Assembly: GCA_964517155.1 (NCBI GenBank)
Contig: CAZFAZ010000042.1
Span: forward strand, 1-44,491
Direction of reading: 5' to 3'
From: an uncultured Thermoplasmatales archaeon
Lineage (GTDB): Archaea; Thermoplasmatota; E2; DHVEG-1
DNA: 44,491 nucleotides
Of the stretch, positions 28,358 to 37,225 are shown piece after piece (position 1 is the first letter of the stretch; the number at the start of each line of letters is the position of its first letter). A program made the position numbers and the translations under genes. The notes beneath the pieces are model-generated. The model did no database searches. It was not told the origin of the DNA and saw only the letters and a list, made by a program, of their open reading frames with translations.

Positions 28358-31357
28358 TTAATCACTTATAATAAGTGCTTTGCCTGATTTTCCATCAATC
28401 TTTATTTTCAATGGTTTTTTTAATTTTATATGTTTTACATATTTTAGTTCCTTTTGAACATTCGCTGAATTTAAAAAATCCCAATTAATATATTCTTCAT
28501 TAGACAAAGAAATACTAACATACCCAACTTCTCTTGATATTATATTATGTAAAAAATGTGTTCCTTGTGTTGGTTTTATATTAAAATCTTTTAATGCTAC
28601 TTCAACTAAAACTTTTACGTTTGAAATTTGAGACCAAACTATAGGAATTCCTAAAAAATGGTCTTGTGTGCCCCATCTACCCGGCCCAATTAAAACATAT
28701 TTTTTATCTGTTTTTACAAAACTTTTATTTATTTTTTCTATTTCTTTTGAAATTTCAAACGTTTTTATAGATGAAAATTTATCATTTTTAACCATAACAA
28801 TATCTGATATGCTGTCTATTGCCCCGTTACCCATTGCGTTTTTTGATAAAATAAGGACTTTTTCAGATTTTTCTTCTTCTTTTGACCAACTAACTTTATA
28901 ATGTTCTTTATTAATAATCATAGGCCTAATTTGAAGTAGAGCAAACGTTGCTGGCTTTGTCTGCATATCTACAGCAAATTCAAACTCTACATGCGAGCCC
29001 ATTCCTTGTTTACCTATTTTTAATATATCTTCAAAGAGCTTTGCAAAAGGAATGTCACCATATTTTATAAGATTTGAAAACGTTATCAATTGCGGCCCTT
29101 TTTTTGAAAAATCATCGATTATCTTATCATCATTCATATCGTAACTACTAGCAATATATTCTAGCTCGCCATCTTCTAAAATTTCTGATATTTTTATACG
29201 GCTTAAATTTTTTGTATCCTCCTCGCAAAGTTTGTGTTTTTTGTCTTTAGTTACATCTAAAATATAAAGAGTGTTCTGTGTATTTCGAAAAGCCATCTCG
29301 GGAGTGGACATCTCAGAAATATCAGGGCGTTTTGGACAAAATCTAAATGTTTTTTCGCCGCCAACAACAGAATAACCTAACCCAACAGCAAGATTTACTA
29401 TGCCCTCTTCTCTTTTTTGAGGAGGCGTGGGATAATAATTATAAGATTGTGCAACACCTGAGAAAGTAGGATAATAACGACCACTATGATTTTTTCCGAT
29501 TACTTCTTGTATTATTATTGCCATTTTTTCTTCTTCAATTTTTGAATCTGTGGCTTTTATATAATCCTCAGATTTTTTAAAAAAAACAGAAGCATAAACC
29601 AACTTAATTGCACGGCTTAGTTGATCAACACGTTCTGCTAGATTTTTAAGGTTGTTTGGTATCAGATATGTAGAATAAATTCCAGCAAATGGATGATGTT
29701 GAGAATCTTCTAAAAGACTTGAAGATCTGACAGCCAGTGGTTTTTTGAATTTTGTTAGGATTTTTCTTAGTTTTTTATTTAACTCTTTTGATATTTCTGC
29801 TTTTAAAAATATTTTAGATATTTCAGCATCGGATAATTTACTAAGGTTTTGCAGCTTCTCCCAGATTTTATTTTGTTTTAAAAACTCATCAAATTCTTCA
29901 GTACCTATCACTGCCGTACTTGGAACATTTATTTTTAACTCCTCATATTTTTCATTAAGATTATACATTGAGATTAACGATCTAATAAAAGCTATACCCC
30001 TTGCTTTTCCACCCAGAGAATCTCCACTGATTTTTGTAAAAGAATTACCAAATTCGAAGGTTTGTCTTGAAAAATCAGTCATTGAACGAAGTTGCCTTTC
30101 TCTTCTTGTCTCTTTGAATATTTCAATCAAATATTTTCTATTTTCATCCAAATTAATAAAATCGTTTACCTTTTTTGGACGTAGCATAGATGCTAACTTA
30201 AATTCCCCTCTAGCCATCAGCCAATTTGAAAAATCGTTTCTATCTGCGTGATATCTAATTGACTCGACAGGTATTTTTTGCATACTTTTTTCAAATTCTT
30301 CCATGTTTGATGCACTGGCAATTTCAATGGTTTCTTTTTTATTTTTCAAAGGTTTTAAAAAAATAAAATCACCGAAACCGAGATGATTAATCAAAAAATC
30401 ATCAAAATCTTTTAGAAGTGAAGGAGAATTTTTGTAAATAAAATAAGAATTTGTTTTTTCTGCTTTTTTTCTGTTTGTTGCATCTGAAGATTGAAGAAGC
30501 GTTGGCAAATTCTTGTTGTCACTTTTTACATACCCTATAAAATCATGGCCTGCTTTTTTATTTAACTTTCCACTTTTGTAAAATGTCACATCAGAGAGTA
30601 TTCCTAAAACGTTACCCTTGTATTTCTCATATAGTTCTAAGCCTGCTTCATAGCTGTCTACAAGAAGTATTTTTGGCCTTGCTCGTCTGCGCAATAGTCT
30701 TTGCATTTCATTTAAGTCTTCTGAGATTGATCTTTGTATTTGTTTTACAATTTCAGTGTAAATTATTGGTAAAAACATTGAATAATATCTTATTGAATCC
30801 TCCAAAACAATAATTACCCTAACATCACCTGTAACTGTATCGTAATATACGTTTGTTTTATCTTCAACATATTTTACAATTGCAAGGAATAGCCTTGTAT
30901 CGCCATTCCAAAAAAATGCTTTATCAATTCCTTCTTCATGTATTCTATCTTGGCATAAATAAAGATCTGAAGAATCTGTTGCAAGGAGGATTACAGGCAA
31001 CTCAGGATGTGTTTTTTTGATTTTTTTTCCAAATAAAAAAGGATCCATGCCTATGTTTTTTGACATAGTTATTACAAGATCATATTTATTAGAGTTTATT
31101 TTTTCAAGGGCTTTTTTACCTGAAGCAACTCTTGTCACTCGCGGGGGCGAAGAAAGTAAAAGATCTTGATATTCTCCTACAACCATCTCAGAAATTAATC
31201 CTTCTTCTTCAATTATAAAAGCATCATAAAGACTTGAAACAAGAAGAATTTCACGAATTTTAAAAGGCATTAAGTTATGTAATATCTGGCTCGGCTGTTT
31301 GTACTCATCTTCATTTTTATTTGAAAAATCAAAGCTTATGCTGTCATCTAGCATCAT
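28358..31357 (-). CDS. Receiver-domain / PEP-synthase N-terminal (ATP-grasp) fusion protein of unknown function
   Basis: Two CheY-like segments, then LGGKARG, AVRSSS..ED, FAG, IIIQ, EFEFA and LQIRP (PPDK/PEPS nucleotide-binding domain), ending in a GPGRWG...GTHF tail. No PEP/pyruvate TIM barrel. Confidence 0.8.
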   Translation of the reverse strand: MMLDDSISFDFSNKNEDEYKQPSQILHNLMPFKIREILLVSSLYDAFIIEEEGLISEMVVGEYQDLLLSSPPRVTRVASGKKALEKINSNKYDLVITMSKNIGMDPFLFGKKIKKTHPELPVILLATDSSDLYLCQDRIHEEGIDKAFFWNGDTRLFLAIVKYVEDKTNVYYDTVTGDVRVIIVLEDSIRYYSMFLPIIYTEIVKQIQRSISEDLNEMQRLLRRRARPKILLVDSYEAGLELYEKYKGNVLGILSDVTFYKSGKLNKKAGHDFIGYVKSDNKNLPTLLQSSDATNRKKAEKTNSYFIYKNSPSLLKDFDDFLINHLGFGDFIFLKPLKNKKETIEIASASNMEEFEKSMQKIPVESIRYHADRNDFSNWLMARGEFKLASMLRPKKVNDFINLDENRKYLIEIFKETRRERQLRSMTDFSRQTFEFGNSFTKISGDSLGGKARGIAFIRSLISMYNLNEKYEELKINVPSTAVIGTEEFDEFLKQNKIWEKLQNLSKLSDAEISKIFLKAEISKELNKKLRKILTKFKKPLAVRSSSLLEDSQHHPFAGIYSTYLIPNNLKNLAERVDQLSRAIKLVYASVFFKKSEDYIKATDSKIEEEKMAIIIQEVIGKNHSGRYYPTFSGVAQSYNYYPTPPQKREEGIVNLAVGLGYSVVGGEKTFRFCPKRPDISEMSTPEMAFRNTQNTLYILDVTKDKKHKLCEEDTKNLSRIKISEILEDGELEYIASSYDMNDDKIIDDFSKKGPQLITFSNLIKYGDIPFAKLFEDILKIGKQGMGSHVEFEFAVDMQTKPATFALLQIRPMIINKEHYKVSWSKEEEKSEKVLILSKNAMGNGAIDSISDIVMVKNDKFSSIKTFEISKEIEKINKSFVKTDKKYVLIGPGRWGTQDHFLGIPIVWSQISNVKVLVEVALKDFNIKPTQGTHFLHNIISREVGYVSISLSNEEYINWDFLNSANVQKELKYVKHIKLKKPLKIKIDGKSGKALIISD

Positions 31358-31431
31358 TTTAACAAAATCAGAATGAAAAGATATGATAAGAAGGTTTTGT
31401 GCAAAATAAAAAATAAAAAAATTATGGTGTT

Positions 31432-32769
31432 TTAAACAACACCTTGGTCAATCATTGCATCTGCTACTTTTACAAATCCTGCAATGTTTGCTCCATCAAC
31501 ATAATTTACATAATTGCCTTGTTTTCCATATTTTACACAGGCTTCATGTATGTTTTTCATTATGCTGTGAAGTTTTTGATCTACTTCTTCTGCAGACCAG
31601 TCATATCTCATACTATTTTGACTCATTTCAAGACCCGATACTGCAACACCGCCTGCATTTACTGCTTTGCCGGGGGCATACATAATTTTTGCCTCTTGCA
31701 AATTTTTAATTGCATCTGGCGTGCAACCCATGTTTGATACCTCTGCAACTAGCATGCAGCCGTTGTCAATTAATTTTTTTGCATCTGCTCCGTCTAGTTC
31801 ATTTTGAATCGCGCAGGGCATTGCTATATCTACTTCAATATTCCAAGGTCTTTTACCTTTTGTAAAATCAACGCCAAATTTATCTGAATAATCTTGTGCT
31901 CTATCATTATTTGATGTTCTCATTTCAAGCATATAATCAATTTTTTTTCCTGAGACGCCGTCTGGATCATATATGTACCCATCTGGACCAGATATTGTAA
32001 CTACTTTTCCACCTAGTTCTGTGATCTTTAATGCTGCACCCCATGCTACGTTTCCAAAACCAGAAAGTGCTACTTTTTTACCTTTGAATGTTTCTTTTTT
32101 CAGTTTTAACATTTCTTGAGCAAAATATGTTCCTCCAAAACCTGTTGCTTCAGGCCTGATAAGACTTCCACCCCAATTTCTACCTTTGCCCGTTAGGACT
32201 CCAACAAATTCATTTCTAATTTTTTTGTATTGCCCAAACATAAAACCTATTTCGCGACCGCCAACGCCTATGTCGCCTGCAGGAACGTCTGTATTTGGCC
32301 CTATATACTTACATAGTTCAGTCATGAATGCTTGACAGAATCTCATTATCTCTTGCTCTGATCTGCCTTTTGCATTAAAATCAGCGCCACCTTTACCGCC
32401 ACCCATTGGAAGAGACGTTAATGAATTTTTGAATGTTTGTTCAAAACCCAAAAATTTGAGTATCGAAAGATTTACACTTGGGTGAAAACGAAGACCTCCT
32501 TTATATGGACCTATTGCGCTGTTAAATTCTACTCTAAAACCTCTATTTACATGAATTTCTCCTTTATCATCTACCCAAGGGACTCTAAACATAATTGTTC
32601 TTTCTGGTTCCACCATTCTTTCTAAAATTTTTGCTTTTTTGTATTTTGGATGTTTTTCTATGTGTGGCATTAAACTTTCTACAACTTCTTGGACTGCCTG
32701 ATGAAATTCTTTTTCACAGGGATCTTTTTGCTTTACTTTTTCCATAAAGATTTCAACGTCTTTATCCAT
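31432..32769 (-). CDS. gdhA: Glutamate dehydrogenase, bacterial GdhA-like (family I)
   Basis: Motifs GPYKGGLRFHP, MGGGKGG, DVPAGDIGVG, RPEATG, GFGNVA and NAGGVAVS; GGAGG SD at 32776-32780. Confidence 0.95.
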   Translation of the reverse strand: MDKDVEIFMEKVKQKDPCEKEFHQAVQEVVESLMPHIEKHPKYKKAKILERMVEPERTIMFRVPWVDDKGEIHVNRGFRVEFNSAIGPYKGGLRFHPSVNLSILKFLGFEQTFKNSLTSLPMGGGKGGADFNAKGRSEQEIMRFCQAFMTELCKYIGPNTDVPAGDIGVGGREIGFMFGQYKKIRNEFVGVLTGKGRNWGGSLIRPEATGFGGTYFAQEMLKLKKETFKGKKVALSGFGNVAWGAALKITELGGKVVTISGPDGYIYDPDGVSGKKIDYMLEMRTSNNDRAQDYSDKFGVDFTKGKRPWNIEVDIAMPCAIQNELDGADAKKLIDNGCMLVAEVSNMGCTPDAIKNLQEAKIMYAPGKAVNAGGVAVSGLEMSQNSMRYDWSAEEVDQKLHSIMKNIHEACVKYGKQGNYVNYVDGANIAGFVKVADAMIDQGVV

Positions 32770-32849
32770 AATATTCCTCCCATTAAGAGATGAACGTCGT
32801 ATCGATATCGCCTATTAAAACTTTACCACCTCCTTTATATTAAAAGGGA

Positions 32850-32878
32850 TAAACTGTAAAATATTCTTTTACAGTTTA
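32850..32878. promoter_or_regulatory. Perfect 12-bp inverted repeat upstream of gdh
   Basis: TAAACTGTAAAA-TATTC-TTTTACAGTTTA. Confidence 0.55.
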
Positions 32879-32950
32879 ACATTTTTTTGCATATAAAATT
32901 GTAATATTTGGTATATTGATAATCTCTTTTAAGAAGATTAAAATTAAAAA

Positions 32951-32970
32951 GTACAGGGGAGGACTTTGAA
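32951..32970 (-). repeat. Degenerate copy of the tRNA-3'-end-like repeat seen at 42076 and 42483
   Basis: GTACAGGGGA-GGACTTTGAA aligns with GTGCAGGGGAAGGGATTTGAA at 17 of 21 positions. Confidence 0.35.
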
Positions 32971-33065
32971 TACCAAGTTATTCATAAAAAAAGTTTTTAT
33001 CTTGTTAAACAATAATTCTATGTTAACAGGCAATAAGATAAGTTAAAATAGTTTTTTTGAATTTA

Positions 33066-33578
33066 ATGATTCAAAAGATGAAAGAACACGATACTAAAAA
33101 AATAAATAAAAATGGAAATAAAAAACCCTTTCTTATACCATATAGAATATATTTAATCCAAGGTTTATTAAATAATGTTATTTCGATATTTTTATTAATT
33201 ATTCCCATAATTATTACTTACTTATTTTCATATGCACGTCCATATTTATCAAATATTTTATATATGATATTATCCGTTATATTAATTAATTTTTCACTTA
33301 TTTATTTTATAGTAATATATGGCAAATATTATAGTAATTATACTTTAGACCCAGAATTTAAATTTTATAAAAAATTTAAATCATATTTCTTAAGAAAATA
33401 TATTTTAAAAAATATGGTATGCCCAGACTGCAGTGGTAGTTTTTTAAAATATGAAAATAAAACAGATATGTCTCAGTTTGTTGAAGATTTCTTATATCAT
33501 TGCGAGTCCTGCCAAAACATCTACTCTATAGAAAAGGTTGGAGATTTTATTAGACCTACCTTCCGCTTTAAAAAATAA
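33066..33578 (+). CDS. Orphan membrane protein with a C-terminal zinc ribbon
   Basis: Two hydrophobic helices followed by CPDC...CESC. Visibly more AT-rich than its neighbours. Start could be 33057, 33066 or 33078. Confidence 0.6.
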   Translation: MIQKMKEHDTKKINKNGNKKPFLIPYRIYLIQGLLNNVISIFLLIIPIIITYLFSYARPYLSNILYMILSVILINFSLIYFIVIYGKYYSNYTLDPEFKFYKKFKSYFLRKYILKNMVCPDCSGSFLKYENKTDMSQFVEDFLYHCESCQNIYSIEKVGDFIRPTFRFKK

Positions 33579-33857
33579 ATAAAAGAATAAATCATGCTGG
33601 TGGATATCTTTGAATATAAGAACGTCATTAAAAAGCACATAATTATTCATTTTTATTACCCAATATATTCTTTAAAATTAGGACAAATAAAAATAAACCT
33701 ATTTCTTTCAATACTTGGGTTTACTTTTTTTATGAAAAAAGCATAGTCTACTAACTTATAGTTACGTTTCTTCTTAAGTAATATATATCTTGTAATACTC
33801 AATTATTTTGTTATAATGTGAGTGGATTTTAAAAAAAATGGCGTGTAAAAGTTACTC

Positions 33858-33874
33858 TTAACCCACGGGGTTAA
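33858..33874 (-). terminator. Hairpin just after the stop of the zinc-finger microprotein
   Basis: TTAACCC-ACG-GGGTTAA, with a minus-strand T run about 20 nt further on. Confidence 0.4.
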
Positions 33875-33876
33875 AA

Positions 33877-34020
33877 TTATGTTATTGCAGGATCGTTAAA
33901 CTCCTCATCTTTTTCATATTCCTCATCTTCATCTATAGATTTCTTACATTTCTCACAAACGCCTTCTTCCTCTTCCTCAGAAGTAAGCTCTTCACCACAT
34001 ATCTCACAGTAATTAGTCAT
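33877..34020 (-). CDS. 47-aa acidic zinc-finger microprotein
   Basis: MTNYCEICGEELTSEEEEEGVCEKCKKSIDEDEEYEKDEEFNDPAIT; GGAGG SD at 34028-34032, 7 nt before the ATG; CxxC-x13-CxxC. Missed by the ORF track. Confidence 0.8.
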   Translation of the reverse strand: MTNYCEICGEELTSEEEEEGVCEKCKKSIDEDEEYEKDEEFNDPAIT

Positions 34021-34201
34021 AATTTATCCTCCAATAAAATTTATATAAACGAATCAAAGAAGAGGTTAAAATAGATTATTGCATGTTTATATAAAAAAAA
34101 TTACAAAATAAACTTTAATTTTCAAGTAACTTTTAATAACAATTTTTCATTACTAAAATGTTAACTTAACTATGTTTTTTTAAGGCGGAGGGAAAAAACA
34201 G

Positions 34202-35551
34202 ATGGAGACTGTAAAATATATAAAAGAACATGTACAAGAAGACGTGCTTAATATTGTTGAAAAAGAAAAAGTTTTGTTTATACGTCTGCAATTTATCGAC
34301 ATTCTTGGGATGCCGAAAAACATAGTAATAACTCCCTCTAGATTAGGTGATGCTCTTGACAAAGGAATTCCTTTTGACGGTTCATCAATTGCAGGATACG
34401 CGACAGTTGAGGAATCTGATAAAATTGCAAAACCTGATCCTACTAGTTTTGTAATACTTCCAGAGGAAGTTGAAAAAAGAAAGACTGCAAAGCTTAATTG
34501 TGATATATATGAGCCAAGTGGAAAGCGATTTATTGGAGATACAAAGTATGTTCTTGAAAAAATGCTAGAAAAAGTAGATAAACAGGGTTATCTGTATAAT
34601 GCTGGCCCGGAATGCGAATTTTTCTTATTTAAAAAAGAAAACGATGAATATACAACCATTCCAAATGATTCTGCGGGTTATTTTGATTTATCACACAGGG
34701 ATCTTGCTGAAGGCGTACGTGCAGATATATCTCTTGCTTTAGATGCAGTTGGTATAAACACATACACGAGCCATCATGAAGCATCTGACGGTCAGCATGA
34801 AATCAATTTTCATTATGGGGATGCAATTACTGTTGCAGACAGAGTTATAACTCTTAAATATATCACAAAAGTTATTGCTAAAAAACATAATTTACATGCT
34901 AGTTTTATGCCAAAGCCTATTTTTGGTTTAAACGGCTCAGGGATGCATACCCATCTTAGTCTTTTTACAAAAGATGGAGATAATGCTTTTTATGATCCTG
35001 ATGATAAAAATCAATTAAGTAAGACTGCGCACTATTTCATAGGTGGTCTTTTAGAATATGTAAAAGAAATCACTGCAATTCTTAACCCTTCTGTTAACTC
35101 ATATAAAAGACTTGTTCCAGGCTATGAGGCACCAACCTATATCTCCTGGGCAAATAGAAACCGCAGCGCCCTTATTCGTATTCCGACAGGTCGGGGGGAC
35201 AGCACACGTTGTGAACTGAGAAGCCCTGATCTTTCAGGTAATCCTTATCTTCAGTTTGCAGTAATGCTCGCAGCGGGTCTTAAGGGATTAGAAGATAAGA
35301 TTACACCACCTGAGCCTGTAGAAAAAAATATTTATTCTTTATCAAAAAAAGAAATGGAGAAATACAATATTCATCATCTGCCTGAAAGCCTTGGGCATGC
35401 TCTTGGACTTATGGAAGAAAGTGAACTTTTAAAAGATGTTTTAGGAGAACATATTTTTAATAATTTTTTACATGTGAAACGTGGCGAATGGGAAAAATAT
35501 AGAATGCAAATTACACAATGGGAGCTTGAAAAATATTTGCCTGTTATTTAA
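34202..35551 (+). CDS. glnA: Glutamine synthetase type I-alpha
   Basis: Motifs FDGSSI, GPECEFF, HHE...GQHEI, FMPKP...NGSGMH, NSYKRLVPGYEAP, NRSALIR and ELRSPD. Confidence 0.95.
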   Translation: METVKYIKEHVQEDVLNIVEKEKVLFIRLQFIDILGMPKNIVITPSRLGDALDKGIPFDGSSIAGYATVEESDKIAKPDPTSFVILPEEVEKRKTAKLNCDIYEPSGKRFIGDTKYVLEKMLEKVDKQGYLYNAGPECEFFLFKKENDEYTTIPNDSAGYFDLSHRDLAEGVRADISLALDAVGINTYTSHHEASDGQHEINFHYGDAITVADRVITLKYITKVIAKKHNLHASFMPKPIFGLNGSGMHTHLSLFTKDGDNAFYDPDDKNQLSKTAHYFIGGLLEYVKEITAILNPSVNSYKRLVPGYEAPTYISWANRNRSALIRIPTGRGDSTRCELRSPDLSGNPYLQFAVMLAAGLKGLEDKITPPEPVEKNIYSLSKKEMEKYNIHHLPESLGHALGLMEESELLKDVLGEHIFNNFLHVKRGEWEKYRMQITQWELEKYLPVI

Positions 35552-35644
35552 GGCAGGCTCGATATTTTTTATTTTTGCAGGTTTTCAAATTTAAGTAAGG
35601 TTTTTAACTAAGTTTTGTATATTATTTTTTGTAGAGGTGATGTT

Positions 35645-36091
35645 TTGGGCTTTGAAATGCAAATTATTAGTAATACGCCTTTGGTAGGTGAAGATGACCC
35701 TGACCTTGTTGCAAAAAAATTTTTTGAGCAAATTGGGTATCTTTCAAAAGGTAGCGATCCTGATATTCCTTTTAAACTTTTTAATGATTTTTTCTTGAAG
35801 CATCCTAATAAAGCATGGTATGTTGAAGAACTTTCTACTTCTTTAAAAACTAGTAAACCTACTATTTATCGCCATTTAAACAAGCTTAAAGGTTTTGATA
35901 TTCTTGAAGAAGTACAAATTCTTGATGAAACAACCAAGCAAAATAAAAAAGCATATCGACTACGTTATGGAAACATTCAAAAAGCCTGGAACTTTGTCGA
36001 GGCGCATTTAAAAGTTGCAATTGAAAACTACGGCAAAACTGTAGAGCATCTGCAGAATCTTATTGAAAAACAAAGGAAGGAATTTAAATGA
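35645..36091 (+). CDS. Winged helix-turn-helix protein (ArsR/TrmB-like)
   Basis: VEELSTSLKTSKPTIYRHLNKLKGFDIL helix-turn-helix. GAGGTGA SD at 35634-40 favours TTG 35645 as the start. Confidence 0.75.
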   Translation: MGFEMQIISNTPLVGEDDPDLVAKKFFEQIGYLSKGSDPDIPFKLFNDFFLKHPNKAWYVEELSTSLKTSKPTIYRHLNKLKGFDILEEVQILDETTKQNKKAYRLRYGNIQKAWNFVEAHLKVAIENYGKTVEHLQNLIEKQRKEFK

Positions 36092-36375
36092 ATGATGAAA
36101 AAGATAAGGTAGAATTAACTGAAGGATCGGTTTATAAGATTACGTCTCTTGGCGGACGAGAACAGTTACTTGAAACAGAAGGAATATTCAAAGGTTTTAT
36201 ATCAATTGGTGTAGATGAAACAGGTCTTCTAATGCAGCTTAACCAAAGCCATGGAAGTATGGCTGGAAAAATACGTATAGTGCCTCTGCATGTTATTTTA
36301 TTAATAGATGTGCTAGACGCTAAAGAAAATCATAAAAAAGAAGACTATAAAGGAATGTCTCATTACGTAGGTTAA
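36088..36375 (+). CDS. Hypothetical beta-rich protein, possibly Sm/Hfq-like fold
   Basis: ATGA overlap with the wHTH gene; beta-strand pattern GSVYKITS...EGIFKGF...LLMQL...IRIVPLHVILLIDV. Confidence 0.7.
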   Translation: MNDEKDKVELTEGSVYKITSLGGREQLLETEGIFKGFISIGVDETGLLMQLNQSHGSMAGKIRIVPLHVILLIDVLDAKENHKKEDYKGMSHYVG

Positions 36376-36457
36376 TTTCTTTATTTATTTTTAAATATTT
36401 TAAATAATATTTATCATTAATTATTTATATTGGTTTCTCCTTGTTTGATTTGTCTAA

Positions 36458-37225
36458 ATGAATGTAAAGATGAAATCAATTATACATCTAGATAAAATTT
36501 CAAAAAAATATGATGAATATGGTGTTGTGGTAAACGCCCTTGATGCCATATCTCTTACTATTTTACCAGGTGAATTTGTAAGCATAATCGGGCCAAGCGG
36601 CTCAGGAAAATCAACTCTTTTACACTGCATGGGCCTTCTTGACAAACCTACAAGTGGACAGGTTATGATAGATGGAAAAGATACAACTAAAATAACTGGT
36701 AAAGAAATTGCTCAATTCCGTGGTGAAAAACTAGGTTTTGTATTTCAAAACTATAATTTAATTCCCCGTTTAACAGTATTAGAAAATGTAATTCTGCCAG
36801 GCCTTATACTACAAAAAAACCCAAAGTTTTTAGAAGAAAAAGCAAGAACGCTTTTACAGGATGCAGGAATTCTTCATCGCTGTGACCATAAAGGAATACA
36901 TCTAAGTGGCGGGGAACAACAAAGAGTTGCAATTGCACGCAGTTTAATTAACGATCCTGTATTGATTCTTGCAGATGAGCCGACAGGTGCTCTTGACACT
37001 AACAGCACTGCAGAAATTATGGATATACTTTCAAAAATAAATGAAAAGAAAAAAACAACAATTGTTTTTGTCTCTCATGATCTAGAAATCGCAAAATATG
37101 CAAAACGCACAATTGTAATAGTAGATGGCAAGATAGTTGGAGATACAAAAGGAGACAAAAAACAATTTGATAAAATAATAAAGGTTTTAAAAAATTTCAA
37201 TGGAGAGAAAAAACATGGCTATTAG
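36458..37225 (+). CDS. ABC transporter ATP-binding protein (LolD/MacB type)
   Basis: Motifs [32 protein letters not shown] and VSHD. Confidence 0.95.
   Translation: MNVKMKSIIHLDKISKKYDEYGVVVNALDAISLTILPGEFVSIIGPSGSGKSTLLHCMGLLDKPTSGQVMIDGKDTTKITGKEIAQFRGEKLGFVFQNYNLIPRLTVLENVILPGLILQKNPKFLEEKARTLLQDAGILHRCDHKGIHLSGGEQQRVAIARSLINDPVLILADEPTGALDTNSTAEIMDILSKINEKKKTTIVFVSHDLEIAKYAKRTIVIVDGKIVGDTKGDKKQFDKIIKVLKNFNGEKKHGY

Noticed and set aside
28358..31357. Ordinary PEP synthase (ppsA)
   Set aside because: It lacks the C-terminal PEP/pyruvate-binding barrel and carries receiver domains.
33838..33867. TGGCG...TTAACCCACG as a fourth tRNA-end remnant
   Set aside because: Similarity is limited to a few bases and is better explained as the terminator hairpin of the zinc-finger gene.
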